Below are positions 60,922 to 64,000 of a stretch of 64,000 bases of DNA, piece after piece (the stretch's first letter is position 1; each line of letters opens with the position of its first letter). Source of the stretch: Alphaproteobacteria bacterium (GTDB lineage Bacteria > Pseudomonadota > Alphaproteobacteria > UBA828); the NCBI GenBank assembly GCA_965214705.1, contig OZ243972.1:608001-672000 (forward strand), written 5' to 3'. Position numbers and translations under genes: made by a program. The notes beneath the pieces are model-generated. The model was given only the letters and a program-made list of their open reading frames with translations. It was not told the DNA's origin and made no database searches.

Positions 60922-61935
60922 TCAGCCGCTGGCCTGCGCCCTCTTCTCGTCGAGAGCGCGGAGGACCACCTCCGGCGTCACCGGAATCTGGGTGATGCGG
61001 ACGTCGAGCGCGTTGTTGATGGCGTTCACGATGGCCGGGATCGGGCCGTTGGTCACCATCTCGCCCACGCCCTTGCCACCGTAGGGGCCGCTCTCCGCCG
61101 GGTATTCCAGCACCTCGCAGGTGACCTCGGGCATCTCCGACGCGCCGGGCTGGAGGTAGTACTGGAAGTCGACCGGCGCCGGGTCGATAGCCGGATAGCC
61201 GGGCGCGGTGGTCTCGTAGAGCGCGTGGCCGATGCCCATCCAGGAGCCACCCACGATCTGGCCCTTCACAAGATCAGGATTCACCTGCTGGCCCACCTCG
61301 TAGACGCTCTTCATGTCGAGCACCTCGACCATCCCGGTCTCGGTATCGACCTCGACCTCGACGATGGTGCAGGCGTGGGCCTGGGTGGAATCCGGATCGC
61401 ACTCCCCGGTCTCCGGGTCCATCGGGCTCGGCGGCTTGAGGTAGGCGCCGCGCCCGGCAATGGTCTTGCCGTAGCCGAAATGAGCGGCGCCCGCGACCTC
61501 GCCGACTGAGACCGACCTCTCGGCCACACCCTTGATGTGGACGTTGCCGTCGCCGTCGGTCTCCAGGTCCTCCGGGCTCGCCTCCAGCAGCTCTCCGGCG
61601 ACCTCCAGCATGGCCTTGCGCGCCTCTTGCGCCGCCATCACCACCGCGTTGCCCGCGCGATGCGTGGTGCGGCTCGCGAAGGTGCCGGTGCAGTGGGGGC
61701 CGGTGTCGGTATCGGCGGTCTCCACCACGATGCTCTCGTAGGGGACGCCTAGTGTCTCCGCCGCGATTTGCGCGAGCACGGTCCTGAGACCCTGGCCGAG
61801 ATCGACGCTTGCCATGGTGACGACGAAGTCGCCCGCCGGAGTCATGTGGATCAGCGACTGGGTGGGGTCGCCGCCCAGGTGCATTCCGGTCGGATAATTC
61901 ACGGCCGCGAAGCCGGTGCCCCTTACCTTGGCCAT
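60922..61935 (-). CDS. Xanthine dehydrogenase-family Mo subunit, C-terminal (medium) part
   Basis: MAKVRGTG start at 61935; DLGQG, TFASR, GQIVGG, GGKGVGE. Confidence 0.9.
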   Translation of the reverse strand: MAKVRGTGFAAVNYPTGMHLGGDPTQSLIHMTPAGDFVVTMASVDLGQGLRTVLAQIAAETLGVPYESIVVETADTDTGPHCTGTFASRTTHRAGNAVVMAAQEARKAMLEVAGELLEASPEDLETDGDGNVHIKGVAERSVSVGEVAGAAHFGYGKTIAGRGAYLKPPSPMDPETGECDPDSTQAHACTIVEVEVDTETGMVEVLDMKSVYEVGQQVNPDLVKGQIVGGSWMGIGHALYETTAPGYPAIDPAPVDFQYYLQPGASEMPEVTCEVLEYPAESGPYGGKGVGEMVTNGPIPAIVNAINNALDVRITQIPVTPEVVLRALDEKRAQASG

Positions 61936-63281
61936 CAGCTTGCCTTTCTGTCCCAGGAGGTCATCGCTTGGTAATCCGCCGGTAGCTCGTGACCTGCAAG
62001 CCTTGCCGCCGCCTGGATGGTCTCCACCATCGCCGCGTCCTCGTTCACCTTGCGGTGCGCCCGCATATCGCCGTTGCGGTAGGCGTTGAGCAGCCTGAGC
62101 TGCCACGGGTCCATGCCGATGGTCTTGGCGACCTTGTCCATCTGCAGCTCGATGGCGAAGGAGGCCGCCATCACGCCGAAGCCCCGCATGGCGCTCGACG
62201 GCGGCCGGTTGGTGAAGACCACCCGCGCATCGACCCAGACGTTGGGGATGGTGTAGGGCCCCGGCATGTGGCCAGCGTGCTTCATCGAGCCGTAGGAGCT
62301 GAAGCGCAGATAGGCGCCGGAATCCTGGTAGGAGGTGATCTTGCGGGCGACGATGCGCCCGTCGTCCATCACCCCGTCCTTGATGAAGAGCCGCCAGGCG
62401 GAGCGGGTGGAGCTGACCTGCATCTCCTCTTCCCGCGTGTATTTGAACTTGACCGGGCGCCCGGTCCTCATCGCGGCCAGCACCGAAATCGGCTCGACCG
62501 CCACGTCCACCTTGCCGCCGAAGCCGCCGCCCACGGTGCCGCCGAGGAAGCGCAGCTTGCCCGGCGCCAGTCCCAGGATGGCGGCGGTGTTGTCGCGGGC
62601 GAAGTGAACGGCCTGCGTGTTGGTGTGTACCGTGATGCGCCCGTCGCCGCCGGGCTTCGCGATGCAGCCGTTGGTCTCCATCGGCGCCTGCTCGATGGGG
62701 CTGGTTTGGTACTTGTCCTCGACGATGTGGTCGGCCTCGGCGAATCCCTGCTCGACATCGCCGAAGCGGATCTGCGCGGCCGCGTGGTCGTCCGGGTAGA
62801 TGTAGTGGTTGTTCGGCCAGTGGGCGGTCAGCGCCGGCAGCGAGCCGGAAATCGCCTCCTCCACGTCGAACACGCCGGGGAGCGGGTCGTACTCGACCTC
62901 CACCTTGGCGGCGCCGGCGCGGGCGGCCTCGGCGCTCTCGCCGATGACGGCGACGATGGGCTCTCCCCGCCAGCGCACCTTGTCGAAGGCGAGGATCGGC
63001 TCGTCTTCCGGCCCGACGCCCACGGCGGCGAGGCCGTTCCACACCTTCTTGCCGGGCAGGTCCTCGTGGGTGAGGACGCAGACGACGCCGGGGCTCGCCT
63101 CGGCCGCGCTGGTGTCCACGCGCACGATGTTGGCGTGGGGCTCCGCGCTCCGGTGCATCTTGAGATGCAGCATGCGCGGGTAGTGGACATCCTCGTAATA
63201 GGTGGTCTGGCCGCGCGCGTGGCTTTCGAGATCGCGCTGCCCGACGTTCCGGCCGACGACGCCGAGTTCCTTCATCGACAT
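61935..63281 (-). CDS. Xanthine dehydrogenase-family Mo subunit, N-terminal (large) part
   Basis: EQAPMET, VGGGFGGK, SAMRGFG. Confidence 0.92.
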   Translation of the reverse strand: MSMKELGVVGRNVGQRDLESHARGQTTYYEDVHYPRMLHLKMHRSAEPHANIVRVDTSAAEASPGVVCVLTHEDLPGKKVWNGLAAVGVGPEDEPILAFDKVRWRGEPIVAVIGESAEAARAGAAKVEVEYDPLPGVFDVEEAISGSLPALTAHWPNNHYIYPDDHAAAQIRFGDVEQGFAEADHIVEDKYQTSPIEQAPMETNGCIAKPGGDGRITVHTNTQAVHFARDNTAAILGLAPGKLRFLGGTVGGGFGGKVDVAVEPISVLAAMRTGRPVKFKYTREEEMQVSSTRSAWRLFIKDGVMDDGRIVARKITSYQDSGAYLRFSSYGSMKHAGHMPGPYTIPNVWVDARVVFTNRPPSSAMRGFGVMAASFAIELQMDKVAKTIGMDPWQLRLLNAYRNGDMRAHRKVNEDAAMVETIQAAARLAGHELPADYQAMTSWDRKAS

Positions 63282-63772
63282 TAGCTCGCCTCCTCCCCGG
63301 TATCCGAGAGCGCCTGTGCGGCCTGCTGCACCGCGCGGACGATGGGCGCGAACCCGGTGCAGCGACAGAGATTGCCCGAGAGTCCCTCCACGATCTCATC
63401 GCGGCTGGGCGCCGGGTTGCGGTCGAGCAGCGCCTTCGCCGCCACGACCATGCCGGCGGTACAGTAGCCGCACTGCGCCGCGTAGTTCGCGACGAACGCC
63501 TGTTGCAGCGGCACGATCGCGTTGGTCTCGTTGAGGCCTTCCAGCGTCGTCACCTCGGCGCCCTCGGCCCGCTCGGCAAGCGTGAGGCAGGAGAGGCGCA
63601 GCTCCCCATCCACCAGCACCGAGCAGCTGCCGCAGCCACCCTGGCCGCAGCCGCTCTTGACCGCGGTGAGCTCGAGGGTGTCGCGCAGGACGTCCTGCAG
63701 GGTCGCCAGCGGCTGGATTATCACGGCCTCGTCACGGCCGTTGACCGTGAGGCGTATCAGCTTGTCTTCCAT
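63281..63772 (-). CDS. 2Fe-2S subunit of Mo hydroxylase
   Basis: CGQGGCGSCSV, QCGYC, NLCRCTG. Confidence 0.95.
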   Translation of the reverse strand: MEDKLIRLTVNGRDEAVIIQPLATLQDVLRDTLELTAVKSGCGQGGCGSCSVLVDGELRLSCLTLAERAEGAEVTTLEGLNETNAIVPLQQAFVANYAAQCGYCTAGMVVAAKALLDRNPAPSRDEIVEGLSGNLCRCTGFAPIVRAVQQAAQALSDTGEEAS

Positions 63773-63794
63773 CGTTGCCTCCCGCTCAACGTCG

Positions 63795-64000
63795 TCAGGC
63801 GAGTGCCGTCAGCACCCGGCCGACGAAGACGCCGGTCATGCGCCGGCGATACCAGTCGGTCGCGACCGCGTCGGTCTGGGGCGCGACCGCGCCTTCGGCC
63901 GCTCGGGCCGCTGCCGTTATCGCCGCCTCGTCCAGGCTGGAGCCGATTACCGCCTGTTCCGCCGCAGCGCAGCGCAAGGGGTGCGCGTGCGCGCCGCTCA
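63795..64000 (-). CDS. FAD-binding subunit of Mo hydroxylase, 3' end
   Basis: AAAEQAVIG...PQTDAVATDWYRRRM; operon position; truncated by the window edge. Confidence 0.85.
   Translation of the reverse strand, partial: SGAHAHPLRCAAAEQAVIGSSLDEAAITAAARAAEGAVAPQTDAVATDWYRRRMTGVFVGRVLTALA

Noticed and set aside
61936-63399. N-terminal part of the 825-aa ORF
   Set aside because: Alternate frame over the large Mo subunit; real start is ATG 61935.

Overview
GC-rich bacterial DNA, probably Alphaproteobacteria (inferred from the HIG1-PduO pair, gcvTHP with tandem glycine riboswitch and phoX). Bases 1-47.65 kb are a nested mobile defence island; 47.9-64 kb is mostly chromosomal backbone (SDR, YHYH proteins, IS1380, ornithine cyclodeaminase-like gene, gcvTHP, phoX, four-subunit Mo-hydroxylase). 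Two main findings. (1) A 39.9 kb integrative mobilizable element (6724-46625) is bounded by the 12-bp direct repeat TACACGATGCCA and sits inside the first integrase gene of a related element. It carries a tandem pair of tyrosine integrases, a MOBF relaxase and three RHH proteins. Excision would rebuild the outer integrase in frame, and both elements share a 21/25-bp terminal motif. (2) Its cargo is a DISARM-like operon (AbiEii remnant, YprA/DUF1998 helicase-nuclease, SNF2, adenine methyltransferase). The methyltransferase gene has a pentanucleotide SSR followed by three diverged tandem copies of a ~40-aa specificity-domain segment, one of them out of frame: a candidate phase-variable, cassette-based specificity switch. 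The island also holds many IS/MITE insertions (IS21, IS66, DUF4338-ISAs1 with a conserved slippery site, IS5-derived), a group II intron 5' fragment and several pseudogenes. All family calls come from motif recognition by eye; no searches were run.
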